Positions 46,371 through 59,135 of a stretch of 64,000 nucleotides of DNA are shown here, in pieces (within the stretch, counting starts at the first letter, position 1; each line of letters begins with the position of its first letter). Made by a program: the position numbers and the translations under genes. Below the pieces are notes generated by a model. That model was not told the DNA's origin. It ran no database searches and saw only the letters and a program-made list of their open reading frames with translations. The stretch comes from Actinomycetota bacterium. Its GTDB lineage: Bacteria; Actinomycetota; UBA4738; HRBIN12. The stretch is from contig JAXLTF010000013.1 of the NCBI GenBank assembly GCA_046330185.1, positions 16,568 to 80,567 of the forward strand, given 5' to 3'.

Positions 46371-47166
46371 TTGGAGGGCGCGATGGATGCCAACCGCAGC
46401 GGCCGGATGCCCGTGGGGTTCGTGGGCCACGGCAACCCGTTGAACGTGGCGATCGAGGCCCCGCCACGAGCCGTGGCGCGCGTGGGGGAAGTCGTTGTCC
46501 AGGCCGAACGCGATCCTGACGGTGTCCGCCCACTGGGAGGACACCCCGGTCACGATCGGACGCACCCGCGCGCACGACGAGCCCTGTACGACTTCTGGGG
46601 GTTCCCGGAGTTCATGTACCGGATGCGCTATCCGGCGCTGGCGCGCCAGACCTGGCGGACCGGGTGAGCGGCTCCTCGAGCCGCACGTCCCGGTGGCCCG
46701 CGCAGACCGGCCGATCGACCACGGCGCGTGGGTGCCGCTGATCCACGTCTTCCCGGAGGCCGACATCCCGGTGCTCCAGCTCTCGATGCCGATGGCGATG
46801 TCCGAGGAGGAGCTCGTCGCGCTCGGCGCGGAGCTGTCACCGCTGCGGGACGAGGGCGTGTTCGTCCTGGCCACCGGCAACCTGGTGCACGACCTGCGCC
46901 ACGCGGTCCTGACCGGCGACGTGCCGCCGCCGGACTACGCCGTCGCGTTCGACGCGTGGGTCGCGACGGCGCTCGAACGTCACGACGACCACGCGATCCG
47001 GGACTGGCGGCACGCCGCGCCCGAGCCGCTGCTCAGCCACCCGAGCGCCGAGCACTACCGCCCCGTGCTGGTCGCACTGGGGGCGGCCCGCGGCGACGCG
47101 GCGCGCTTCCCGGTGGACGGGTTCGAACACGGCACGATCGCCCGCCGGTCGGTCGAGCTCGGCTAA
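46371..47166 (+). pseudogene. 4,5-DOPA-dioxygenase-extradiol-like (YgiD/LigB-type class III extradiol dioxygenase), frameshifted
   Basis: 'MPVGFVGHGNPLNV', 'ILTVSAHWE', 'LYDFWGFPEFMYRMRYPA' and 'PIDHGAWVPLIHVFPEADIPVLQLSM...ATGNLVHDLR' lie in at least 3 frames. Confidence 0.7.
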
Positions 47167-48439
47167 TCCGCGTCCTGTTCCCGTGCGATCCGACCCTCGA
47201 GGAACCGCGCGCGCGTCGGGCCTTTCCCCTTCAGGTCGAGCACGCAGACGTCGCTGAAGCGGTAGAGGTCCTGGAGCGCCGCGACCGTCGCCTCCGAGAC
47301 GAGGATCCGGCCCGGCGTCCCGTTCGACTCCAGGGCGGCCGCCAGGTTCACGGTGTCGCCCCACAGGTCGTACGAGAACCGGCGGCGCCCGATCACGCCC
47401 GCCACCACCGGGTCCCGTGGCGATGCCCACACGGGCCCGGATCGGCTCGCCGCCCGGCCATCGCTCGTCCCGGAGCGCCTCGAGGATCGAGAGCCCCATC
47501 TCGGCCGCCGCCACGGCGTGGCCCGGCCGCGGCTCGGGCCCCGCGGCCGCCATGCAGGTCGCCGACGGTCTTGATCTTCTCCATGCCGGTGCGGTCCGCG
47601 ATCGCGTCGAAGCGCTGGGGAACACCTGGTCGAGGATCTCGACCAGGTGTCCCGGGGCGATCGACCCGGCCCGCTCCGCGAACCGCACGAGGTCGGGCGA
47701 ACAGACTGTCACCTCGGCGAGCGCGTCGGCGAGACGGCTCGCCTGCGGGTCCTCGTGCCGGTCCTTCAGACGCTCGACGATCGCCCTGGGCAGCGTATTG
47801 TCGAGCAGGCGCGTCGGCCTCGAGCCCGCGCGCGTTCGAGCCCGAGCCGCGCAGGTACAGGAGCCGCGCCGAGCGCTCCAGCCTGGGACGCGGCCGGCGC
47901 CGACGATCGCGAACGACACCAGGAAGAAGTCCGCGTAGAGCAAGCGGAACGGGTCCGGTTGTGCGCGAACGACGCCTCGACGACGTTGAAGCAGGCGATC
48001 GCGAACGCCCCGAGGACCGGACGCGTAGACGAACGGCAGGCGGGTCATCACGTACGCGAAGGCCAGCAGCAGCATCATCCCGGCCCAGCTCCACGAGGGC
48101 CGGGCCTCGCCCACGAACACGCGATGGAACGACCAGGACGATCGCCGAGATCGCGACCACCGCCGACACCGTGAGCTTCCAGTCAGCGGGGAACCAGGAC
48201 GTGTACGTCAGCGCGAGGCTGATCGCGATCAGCGGGATGCCGATGGCGTACCGGATCACCAGATCCGCCACCTGGATCCCGCTCGAGCTCGACGGCAGCC
48301 AGGATCCCGAGCAGGATCCACAGGGCGATGCCCAGCACGTTGGCGATCCGGATGTACGGGAGCGCGTCGCGGAAGTAGACGCGCTCGTGCTCTCGCTCGA
48401 TCGCGGGATCGAGGAACGTCAGCGTGAACGGGGGTGCAT
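47163..48439 (-). pseudogene. membrane-anchored class III adenylate cyclase, with multiple frameshifts
   Basis: The N-terminus 'MHP(P)FTLTFLDPAIEREHERVYFRDALPYIRIANVLGIALWILLGI' plus TM segments is followed by the catalytic pieces 'LPRAIVERLKD', 'EVTV(LF)SDLVRF', 'VEILDQVF' and 'GVIGRRRFSYDLWGDTVNLAAALESNGTPGRILVSE' in different frames. Confidence 0.7.
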
Positions 48440-49448
48440 CTCCGGGGCGTGCTCGAGGAACTGCCCGACCGGCTTCGGGATCGACCTCAGGACGTGGCGG
48501 CCGAGCGGCTCGCCGCTCATGTGCCGGTCAGCGCCGCCGTACCGTCCACGATCGCCCGGAGCAGCGGGTATGTCGGCCGGATCGTCGGTGAACTGCGACG
48601 GCTTGATGCAGATCGTCCTGAAGCCCCGGCCCACCTGCTCGGGGATCGCCGCGAGGGCCTCGCCCAGGTCGGCGGCGCTCGATCCGTCGGGGAACCGGCC
48701 GCGGCGTCCCGCCGACCAGCTCCAGGGAGTCCAGGTCCCGGCCGGCGGCCATCGCCTCCGCGAGCCGCGGCAGGACGTCCGGCTCGGGCGTCCCGAGCGG
48801 GTTGACCCCGAGCCGTACGTCACGATCCTGCGGACCAGGGCCGCGTGCAGGCTGCTCCCGCCGAACCAAGGACCGCCGCCCGCGCGGTACGGCTTCGGCT
48901 CGAGCGACACGTCGATGGATCGATAGTGGACGCCCGCGAACGACGCGGGCGTCCGCGCCCACAGGGCGCGCCACGCCTCCAGGTGCTCGTGTCGAGGCGT
49001 GCGCCCCGGGTCGCGAAGTCCACGCCGAGCGCCTCGTACTCGGCGCGGTGCCAGCTGACGGTCGGCTGCATCGACCAGGCGTCCCTCCGACAGGAGGTCC
49101 AGCGTGGCGAGCTGCTTCGGCCAGCAGGACCGATGGCGGAGCGGAGGGATGATCGCGCCCGCGACCAGCCGCAGTCGCGTGGTGACCGACGCGACGGCCG
49201 CCAGCAGGCGTCAGCGCGGTCGGGCCAGGGGGTCGACGGGTCCTGGTTGCCTGGGAGCGCGTAGTCGCGCGGGTTCTCCGGCAGGCCGCGCTCGTCGGCG
49301 CCCGGCCCCATCGCGACGTGCTCGACCATCACCGCATCGAAGCCCGCGTCCTCCGCCCGCTCGCCATGTCCACGAGACCCCCAGGTCCCGGCGGCGGCAC
49401 GAGCGTGTGGTTCTCGCTCAGGATCAGGACGAGCCGGACGGTCGCCAT
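48419..49448 (-). pseudogene. luciferase-like (LLM-class) flavin/F420-dependent oxidoreductase, with multiple frameshifts
   Basis: 'MATVRLVLILSENH', 'GFDAVM(V)VEHVAMGPGADERG', 'SLEPKPYRAGGGPWFGGSS' and 'RGFRTICIKPSQFTDDPADIP' lie in alternating minus-strand frames. Confidence 0.55.
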
Positions 49449-49557
49449 CGCGGCGAGGATACCGAGGCGGAGATCCGCCGATGGACGTACGGCACGGTCG
49501 CGCCCGAGCCCCCCGGGCTCACTCCCGACGTGGCCCGGCGGAATCGCAGGCGCGCGG

Positions 49558-50385
49558 TCAGGGGACGACCCGGAGCGAGGCCGTCGGATCCACCCTCCGC
49601 CTAGCCGGGAACGACACCCGGAACCGCGCGCCGCCTCGCGGGCTCCCGTCCACGGAGACGGTGGCGCCGAGCGGCCGCGAGCTCGTGGACGATGCAGAGG
49701 CCGAGCCTGCTCCCGCCCGAGCCTCGCCTCCGCGCGCGTCGTCGAGGCGCACGAACCGCTCGAAGATGCGGTCGCGGTCGCTCTCGTGATCCCGGGACCG
49801 TCGTCCTCGACGGTCAACAACACGCTGCCGTCGGCGGCGGCGCGCAGGGCGACGGCGACGACCCCTTCCGCGTGGCGCGTCGCGTTCTCGGTCAGGTTCC
49901 GGACCAGGCGGCCGAGGCTCGCCCCGTCGCCCATCACACGGCCGGAGGACACCGCCGCCGTGTCGATGCGCAGCGGCGGCATCGCGCGCAGGCGTCGCCT
50001 CCTCGGGGACCAGGTCGTCCAGGTCGACCGGCTCGGAGCGCAGCCGGGAGGCGCCCTCGTCCAGGCTCGCCAGGAGCAGGAGGTCGTCGACGAGCCGCTG
50101 CAGCCGGTCGTCTTCCTCGAGGACGACCGCCGCGAGCTCCGAGACGGACGTCACGTCGGGGTAGGCCATCGCCACCTCAGCGTGCTGACGCATCGACGAG
50201 ATCGGGGAGCGGAGCTCGTGCGATGCGTCGGATACGGCTTCTACGCTCGCGGAGATGTCCGGCCTCCAACCGGGCGAGCATCGCGTTCATGGTCGCGGCG
50301 AGCCTGGCGATCTCGTCACGGCCGGCGGGATCGGGGACGCGACGATCGAGCCCGCTCGTCGAGATCTCAGCCTCATCGAACTCGG
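49558..50385 (-). pseudogene. sensor histidine kinase lacking its N-terminal sensor/TM region, with several frameshifts
   Basis: HAMP 'VPDPAGRDEIARLAATMNAMLARLEA', H-box 'SHELRSPISSMRQHAEVA', N-box 'LGRLVRNLTENATRHA', 'LTVEDDGPGI' and 'IFERFVRLD' appear in order but in different frames. Nothing kinase-like lies upstream of ~50385 and there is no response-regulator gene. Confidence 0.65.
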
Positions 50386-50389
50386 TCGA

Positions 50390-50880
50390 TCCTGGGGATC
50401 CGGGCGGTCGTGGTCCACGATGTCGTCCGCGAGGCGGGCGCGCTGGTCGAGAACACCTGGGACTGGTTCGCGCAGGACGTCTGCGGCAGCGTCTGGTACC
50501 TGGGCGAGGCCACCCGGGAGTACGAGCACGGCGTCGTGGTCAGCACCCAGGGCTCGTGGGAGGCTGGGTCGACGGCGCCCAGCCCGGCGTGATCATGCCC
50601 GCGCACCCGCAGGTCGCGATGGCCTATCGGCAGGAGTCCCTGCCCGGCGAGGCCGAGGATCGGGCCGAGATCCTGAGCCTCGGACGAACGGGGCGGGTGC
50701 TGGCTGGGGCGGTACGTGGACGTGCTCCTGAGCAAGGAGTTCACCCCGCTCACCCCGGACATCCTCGAGTACAAGCTGTACGCACCCGGGGTCGGCGTCG
50801 TGCTGTCGCTGGGGGTGTCGGGCGGCTCCGGTCGCGAGGAGCTCGTGCGGTACAACGCCGGGGGCCCGGCTGAGCTCCAT
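50390..50880 (+). pseudogene. 5'-truncated, frameshifted fragment of a hypothetical protein
   Basis: 'NTWDWFAQDVCGSVWYLGEATREYEHGVVVSTQGSWEAG', 'PGVIMPAHPQVAMAYRQESLPGEAEDRAEILSL' and 'DVLLSKEFTPLTPDILEYKLYAPGVGVVLSLGVSGGSGREELV' follow one another in three frames. There is no start codon or N-terminus. Confidence 0.45.
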
Positions 50881-50911
50881 GCAGCACGAACCGGGGCAGA
50901 GCGGCCACGGC

Positions 50912-51410
50912 ATGGATACTGGCAACGTGGAGGATGCCGGGACATCCGGGACGATCGCGGCGGATGCCATGGGGCTGGCCTTCGAGGTGGTGCGCACCGA
51001 CCGGCCGAGCACCGTACAGGAGAGAGCGCCGCGATGCAGGGCATCCCCGTCGGGAGCCTGCTGCGCACGATCGTCGTGCCCCGCGCGGCGGACGACTACG
51101 TCTTCGTGCTGGTGCCGGGCGGGCGGCAGATCGACTGGCCGAAGCTCCGCTCCTGCCTGGGGCGTGAACCGCCTCTCGCTGCCCGGACGCGGAGGAGGCG
51201 AGGGCCGTCACCGGCTACGAGCGGATCACGCCGTTCGGTTCCCGAACGGCGTGGCCTGTGATCGCCGACGTGACCGTCGCCTCCGCCGATCGCGTCGCGA
51301 TCGGCGGAGGCGCCCGCGGCGTGAACATGCACCTGCGTGCCTCCGACCTGATCTCGGCGACGGGAGCCGAGGTGGCCGAGGTGACGCGTCCCGCCGATGC
51401 AGATGCGTGA
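50912..51410 (+). pseudogene. YbaK/EbsC-type aminoacyl-tRNA deacylase domain protein, frameshifted
   Basis: 'MGLAFEVVRTDRPSTVQE', 'GIPVGSLLRTIVVPRAADDYVFVLVPGGRQIDWPKLRSCLG', 'VNRLSLP', 'TGYERITPFG' and 'VAIGGGARGVNMHLRASDL' lie in alternating frames. Confidence 0.55.
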
Positions 51411-51432
51411 GCTTACTGCCGATACGGGAACG

Positions 51433-52056
51433 ATGTCGGCACGCAAGATCGCGTGACGATCCTGGCGGCCCTGGCCGTGCTCACGGCCACGCCCGTCGAT
51501 GCCGCCCCCAACGGGGACCACACATCCGACGGGCCTCGGTCGAGGAGCGCGTCGACGTCCTTGACGACTACTTCCTGCCGTCGGTGGTGCGGGTAGCTCC
51601 CCGGCGGACGCGTCGTGTGGGAGTTCACCGGCTCACGGACGCACACGGCTACGGACGCGACCGGCATGGGACTGTTCGACTCCGGGCTCGTCGCGCCCGG
51701 CGGACCGAGCTTCGCGCACGGGTTCGTCTCGGCCGGGACCTACCGATACGTCTGCTCCCTTCACGAGACGATGCGGGGGCGCGTGTGGGTCGTCGTGCAG
51801 GTCTCGAAGCGTCGATCGCCGCGTGGGAGGCCGGTCGAGCTCACCTGGGCCACCGCCTCGGCGACGGAGGGATACGTCTACGACGTGCAACTGAGACGAC
51901 CGGGTGGTCCCTGGCGCGCCTGGCTCATCGACACCACGGAGGCGAGCTCGCGATTCACGCCGCGCCGCACCGGCGTCTTCCGCGTCCGCGCTCGGCCCGA
52001 GCCTGACCGCCTACCGCGCCGAGTGGTCGCCGGGAACCGGCTTCGTCGCGACCTGA
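51433..52056 (+). pseudogene. secreted cupredoxin (plastocyanin/azurin-like) protein with a C-terminal beta-sandwich, frameshifted
   Basis: Signal-like 'MSARKIA(V)TILAALAVLTATPVDAA', then 'VDVLDDYFLPSVVRVAPGG' and 'VVWEFTGSRTHTATDATGMGLFDSG...GTYRYVCSLHETMRGRV' (Cys-x2-His-x2-Met copper-site pattern) lie in different frames. Confidence 0.6.
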
Positions 52057-52068
52057 GCGTCCCGCTGA

Positions 52069-53072
52069 TCACGAGCGGGTTCGACCCTCGGCGAACGCCA
52101 TGGCGACGGCCGTCACCACCCAGGCGCCGAACGAGACCCAGAAGGCCCCCGCCCCGATCCACGCTCCGAACGGCAGGCCGATGGCGTCGATCATCCTGGC
52201 CGTGGCCACCGAGTACATCCCCAGCGGGAAGACGATGGCCCAGAGCTGGGGGTCGTACCGAGCGGCACGCGGCGGAACCCGTGACGCCAGACGGCCCATG
52301 ATGATCAGCAGGGGCACCCACCACGTGGTGGCGAAGGCCCAGAACAGCAGCGTGGATCCCTTCAGGAAGGGAGCGAGCTCCTCCAGCAGGTCCCAGCCGG
52401 GCGCGGCGAGGAGCAGGGCGGAGCGCGAGCGTCGTGATCGCCAGCGCTCCCATGTTGATCCAGTACGGAGGCGTCGTGTGTCCGCCGCCATCGGGAAGAA
52501 GGTCCATCTGTAGAAGATGAGTCCGATCACGACCATGTAGAGCATGGCGCCGATCAGATGGGTGAACAGCGCCACGAACAGCACCCCGCGCGTCGCCATG
52601 TGCGGGCGACCATCGCCGAGCACGGCGATCGACTCCGTCGACACGACCAGCAGGAGCCAGGCGCCCTGGATGCCCGCCCCGAGATCGGGTTTCGGCTCGG
52701 CGAACGTCACGGCGGTGAGGAACGCGTACAGGAGCACGGCCCACAGAGCGAGCCCGACCCACCACAGCGCGACCGCCGCACCAGGGGCGCCCCCGACCAG
52801 CGCGAGCTGCTCCCCGAGGACGTTCGTGCCCGCCACGATCGTGAGGAAGCTATCTTCTGGTGGCTGGTCAGGTCCGCCAGCACTCGCTCCCGGGAACGGC
52901 CCAGGCGGACCAGGTACAGCGACCACAGGACCACGTAGGCGGCGACGTTGAGCCAGAGCATGACGACCGCCACACCGTGCAGGCCCCGGATCTCCGCCCC
53001 GATCGAGACGATCCCGGTCGCCATGACCAACGCGAAGTAGCCCGGCGAAAGGTCGGCGAGGCTCGACCGCAC
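52069..53072 (-). pseudogene. TehA/TDT-family (tellurite-resistance/dicarboxylate, SLAC1-like) anion transporter, frameshifted
   Basis: The N-terminus 'LADLSPGYFALVMATGIVSIGA' is followed by 10 TM segments. The conserved 'TTPPYWINMGALAITTLA' lies out of frame between two indels at ~52,440-52,500, and another shift occurs near 52,880. Confidence 0.65.
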
Positions 53073-53106
53073 GCCCGCGGGCCGGGCGAGACGCGCGCGC
53101 GATCCG

Positions 53107-53424
53107 TCATCGATCCCTCGGGGCCATCCACCAGATCGCGAACGACAGCAAGAAGGAGACGACCTGGAACGCGAGGAGCCACCAGACGATCGTCATCCGC
53201 TCCTCGGAGGTAGGCATCGAGGGCCGTCGCGCGCCCCAGAGTTGGCCGACGACCACCGTCGCCACCAGGGCGATCCTCGCCACCACGACGGCGGTCCGCT
53301 CGGGATCCCGGTCCGCTCCGGCGCCCGGACCGGGCCCCGGCGCCCCGAGCCGAAGCGGAGGCGGGGCGTCCGCTTCAACGCACCACCGCCCGGACCGCGT
53401 AAACACCGTCGGATCGTTCCTCAA
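53107..53424 (-). CDS. hypothetical small membrane protein (true start probably internal)
   Basis: Only the C-terminal part looks protein-like ('RIALVATVVVGQLW...EERMTIVWWLLAFQVVSFLLSFAIWWMAP', two TM helices). It lies downstream of the Rieske gene on the same strand. Confidence 0.3.
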   Translation of the reverse strand: MRNDPTVFTRSGRWCVEADAPPPLRLGAPGPGPGAGADRDPERTAVVVARIALVATVVVGQLWGARRPSMPTSEERMTIVWWLLAFQVVSFLLSFAIWWMAPRDR

Positions 53425-53862
53425 GCTCGATCACCGGTAGCGGGCGGGGCGGTGGACCGGACAGCACCCCGCGCCGTCGAGCGCCGAGAAGCGTCCCTGG
53501 TGACACGGGCAGAGCAGCTCGTCGCGTTCGCGCTCCCACAGGACGGCGCACGACAGGTGCGTGCAGATGGACGAGTACGCGACCAGCGAGCCGTCCGGCA
53601 GCCGCATGGCGATCGCTCGATCGTCCGGACCCGGATACGAGAACGCAAAGGCCTCGCCCTGCTCGATCCGGCCAGCGATCCGCACGGCTCCGACGGACCC
53701 CGTCCGGCGGGGGAACAGCCCCGCCGCGACCGCGACGGCGCCCAGGACCAGCCCGCCCGAGATCGTGACCAAGATCCGCAGGTAGTCGCGCCGCGTCACG
53801 ACCGCGTCTGCGCGGATCCGCTCGAAGGCCGAAGGTTCGGCGCGGCGGCGAGCGCGGCTCAC
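53375..53862 (-). CDS. Rieske [2Fe-2S] protein with a Tat-type signal anchor; 1-nt indel near 53,468
   Basis: The GTG start overlaps the ferredoxin stop (GTGA). 'VVTRRDYLRILVTISGGLVLGAVAVAAG' is a twin-arginine motif plus TM segment. 'CTHLSC...CPCHQGRF' is the Rieske ligand set. The C-terminus 'VLSGPPPRPLPVIELEERSDGVYAVRAVVR*' is in the adjacent frame after a G-run. Confidence 0.8.
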
Positions 53863-54421
53863 GGCGTCCCCGGGATCGCGTCGGCGACGTAGTCCCTCGG
53901 CACGACCACCGCGACCCCCGTGCGGATCGCCTGCTCGCCGAAGACCGTGAGATCGGTCGCCGCGGCGTTCGGCCGATCGGCCAGGAGCTCGTCGATGCTC
54001 CCGTAGAAGATCGCTCCCGTCGGGCAGACGGCCGCGCACATCGGGGCGAGACCGACCGAGGAGCGGTCGTAGCACATGTTGCACTTGTACTGGAGCATCT
54101 CCTCCATCTCGATCTTGGGCACGCCGAAGGGACACGCGTGCACGCAGTTCGCGCACGCGATGCAGCGCTCCTTCGCGGCCTCATGCACCACTCCGTCCGC
54201 GGTGACGAGGATCGCGTCCGTGGGGCACACCTCCGCGCACGGCGCCACGGGATCCTCGCAGTGCATGCACACCGTCGGCATCGAGGCGACCGTCGAACCC
54301 TGGTCGATGTAGTCGAGGCTGATCATCGACTTACCCCGGTGCGAGTCGCATTCACGGCAGCCCGCGACGCACGCCTGGCAGCCGATGCAACGCCCTGGAT
54401 CGATGAACAGGGTCCTGCCCA

Positions 54422-54425
<4 letters not shown>
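53859..54425 (-). CDS. 4x[4Fe-4S] ferredoxin-type electron-transfer subunit (DmsB/NrfC/PsrB-like)
   Basis: There are four cysteine groups: 'CIGCQACVAGC', 'CMHCEDPVAPCAEVCP', 'CIACANCVHACP' and 'CNMCYDRSSVGLAPMCAAVCP'. Its ATGATG start overlaps the stop of the molybdoenzyme gene. Confidence 0.85.
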
Positions 54426-56713
<2,288 letters not shown>

Positions 56714-56715
56714 CG

Positions 56716-57762
56716 TCAGAACCCGCGTTTGACGTGCCGCAGGTATGCCTCCCCACGCTGCTCCCGCTTGCACCGGGGACAGGTCTCGACGAGCTCGCGA
56801 TACGCGAGATCGAGCTCGTCCATCGTCTCCTGCAGGTTGCGCACGAACGCCGCGCCCTCGAGCGGCGCGCCGCACCGCCTGCAGTCGACGACGCCTTCTC
56901 GGTCCTGTGAGGTCTGCTTGAACATGTGCACCCCCACGGTCGCGGGCCGCTGGATCACGTGGAAGAACTTCCCGAACGGGATGAAGATGAGCGACAGCAC
57001 CACCACGCCCATGTGGAGGATCGCGAGGAAGCCGTAGCCCTCGCCATCCAGCAGCGCGCTCGACATGGTCAGCAACAGGCCGGTCGCCGAGATCGCAACC
57101 AGCGCCACCAGCGGCACGAAGTCGTAGCCCAGGCGCTGACCGCTCGATGCCTCCCGGTCTCGGATGCGGCGCCAGATGAAGTAGCCGCATCCCGCGATCA
57201 CGAGCACGGCCGAGATGTCGAGGATGTGGAACGTGATCCACCCCAGCCACGTGAGCGGATCGAACGTGATGACGTTCACGCCGAAGACGAACATCCGGTA
57301 CCGATCCGACGCCGTCGCCTCGAAGTGGATCCACCCCCAAGCGAGCGTGAAGGTCATCAGCGTGGCGATGACCACGCCCCAGAACAGCGACTGGTGCGCG
57401 AGCCAGCGGCCGGTTCCGCGCCGCCTGATGAAGGTCTGCAGACCCAGGTAGCTCACGATGCCCCGCGGCACCATCGAGGGGAACCGACGGAAGTTCGCGA
57501 ACGATAGGAACGCCCGCCAGCCGCGGACCAGGTAGCGGCGCGTGGGTGGGGTCTGCACCCACATCACGTACCTGTACACGACCCCGAACGTCAGGACGAC
57601 GGTCGCGGTCGCGTACCCGATCAACGCGGCATCGAAGTTGCGGAGCGCATCGCTCCCGAAGTAGATCATGACCGCCAGGACCACCGCGACGATCGCCCCG
57701 GCCACGCTGGCGCGGACGCTCTCCCGCGAAGGCCCCGTCGCCCCGAGCCCGTCGCTGTCCAT
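56716..57762 (-). CDS. NarI/DsrM-like membrane cytochrome-b-type subunit with a C-terminal CxxC...CxxC zinc-ribbon
   Basis: There are five or six TM segments. 'LSLIFIPFGKFFHVIQRP' resembles the conserved last-helix motif of NarI/HdrE/DsrM-type proteins, and several His residues sit in TM helices. The tail is 'CRRCGAPLEG...TCPRCKRE'. Its stop lies 2 nt before the molybdoenzyme ATG. The start (57762) is tentative. Confidence 0.6.
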   Translation of the reverse strand: MDSDGLGATGPSRESVRASVAGAIVAVVLAVMIYFGSDALRNFDAALIGYATATVVLTFGVVYRYVMWVQTPPTRRYLVRGWRAFLSFANFRRFPSMVPRGIVSYLGLQTFIRRRGTGRWLAHQSLFWGVVIATLMTFTLAWGWIHFEATASDRYRMFVFGVNVITFDPLTWLGWITFHILDISAVLVIAGCGYFIWRRIRDREASSGQRLGYDFVPLVALVAISATGLLLTMSSALLDGEGYGFLAILHMGVVVLSLIFIPFGKFFHVIQRPATVGVHMFKQTSQDREGVVDCRRCGAPLEGAAFVRNLQETMDELDLAYRELVETCPRCKREQRGEAYLRHVKRGF

Positions 57763-57887
57763 CGGTGTCCGGCTCAAGCGGCCTCCCTCGACCGGCTGGG
57801 TCGTCAGCCTGTCACATCCTCGCGGCCCACAGGCAGGACCCGGGGGGACCTTCGTACCATCCGATCCGGGACCCGGGTTCGCCCCCG

Positions 57888-59135
57888 CTAGCTCCCCCAG
57901 ACGGCCCGCGCCCGATCGGTCTCCACCCGCCCGCGGGCGATCACGGGGAACAGCCATGCCTTCGCGAGCCCGAGAACGATGCCCGCGAACGCGGCGATCC
58001 ACCCCGCCTCGCCCCACCTCCCCTCCAGCCACCCGGCCCCGGAGGCCGCGAGCAGCGCGAGACCCCCGTTCAGCAGGACGAGCTGGATCGGCGCGATCAG
58101 CTCGAACACGGCCAGCCACCGTCGCCGGTCCGTCGGATGCCCGGGTCGCTGCATCGGGAGCATGTAGGCCCAGGCGCCCAGCAGCACCTGGACCAGGAAC
58201 CCGCCGACGAAGGCGGTCAGATACACGGACCGGTACCGGTCGAACCCAGCCGGCCCGGCGAGCAGCGCGCGGGCCAGGCCCAGCGACCCGAGCACGAACC
58301 ACGCGACGGCGGCGATCATGTGGGACCCCGCCGCCGGGATCGCCCACGTCCGCTGGACGCGTAGCACGCCGACCGCCAGCCCGACGACGCCGACCGCGCC
58401 GACGGCGTAGGCCACGCCCCCCGCCGCGAGGAGCCCATCCGCCGGAACCAGCCAGCCGAGCAGCTGCAGTACGAGGCCGCCCACGAGCGCGACCAGGATC
58501 CATCGGCCGCGCCGGGGCGGCATCCGCACCCGGAGCACGGTCGGCAGCAAGGTGATCAGCGTCCCCACGACGGTGAGCGACGCCCAGCCCAGCAGGTTCG
58601 CCGTCTGGTGCGCGTGTCGCAAACGCAGGTACGCGGCCCCGGAGACCGCTCCGCTGCCGATGAGCGCGCCGAACGTCGCCCCGATCAGCACGAACGCCAC
58701 CGCGGCCCCGTAGGCGGCCATCGGGAACGGGTGGCGCCTGGTGAGGGACCGTCGCCACGCGCGCAGGAGCATCCACCCCAGGATCGCCATCCCCCCCACG
58801 AAGGCCGTCCCGCCCACTGCGACCAGCGCCGCCGTGGATGTCGGCACGCCGACGGCGATCGACGCCGCGCCCATCGTCACCAGGACGAACTGCGCGCGGA
58901 CCAGCCACCCCGGGGGCGCCGGCGTTGCCGTCAGTGTCAGCATGAAGTTCTGCATCGCGCCTGAGATCGCCGTCGAGATCGCGCCGGCGAGGACCAGGTG
59001 GAGCGGGAGCCAGATGCCTGCCCGCCAGCGGGACGGCAGGAGGAACGAAACCGCGGCCGCGGTCAGCCAGACGCGGGCGGCCGTCTGATACAGGATCGTG
59101 ACGCTCCGTGGCCGCATGAACGTCTCGCCGGTCAC
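57888..59135 (-). CDS. polytopic membrane protein (~12 TM), function unknown
   Basis: A 415-aa ORF. His-containing TM motifs are 'LPLHLVLAGAISTAISGAMQNF', 'LRLRHAHQTANLLGWASLTVVG' and 'AAGSHMIAAVAWF'. The start overlaps the DUF1697 stop (ATGA). Confidence 0.55.
   Translation of the reverse strand: MTGETFMRPRSVTILYQTAARVWLTAAAVSFLLPSRWRAGIWLPLHLVLAGAISTAISGAMQNFMLTLTATPAPPGWLVRAQFVLVTMGAASIAVGVPTSTAALVAVGGTAFVGGMAILGWMLLRAWRRSLTRRHPFPMAAYGAAVAFVLIGATFGALIGSGAVSGAAYLRLRHAHQTANLLGWASLTVVGTLITLLPTVLRVRMPPRRGRWILVALVGGLVLQLLGWLVPADGLLAAGGVAYAVGAVGVVGLAVGVLRVQRTWAIPAAGSHMIAAVAWFVLGSLGLARALLAGPAGFDRYRSVYLTAFVGGFLVQVLLGAWAYMLPMQRPGHPTDRRRWLAVFELIAPIQLVLLNGGLALLAASGAGWLEGRWGEAGWIAAFAGIVLGLAKAWLFPVIARGRVETDRARAVWGS

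Noticed and set aside
44820-48439. A cNMP-binding protein, adenosine deaminase and class III cyclase were considered as a Pycsar/CBASS/RADAR-like anti-phage signalling module.
   Set aside because: The cyclase and the cNMP-binding gene are not adjacent and lie on a mix of strands. The cNMP protein has no effector (TM or TIR) domain. The deaminase looks like ordinary Add with no RdrA-like ATPase. All of the genes are frame-disrupted.
57888-59135. The 12-TM His-rich membrane protein was considered as an NnrS-type or heme-copper-oxidase-like protein.
   Set aside because: I could not find the NnrS 'HxHEMxFG'-type motif or heme-copper-oxidase His patterns. Only generic His-in-TM features are present, so I left it as unknown.
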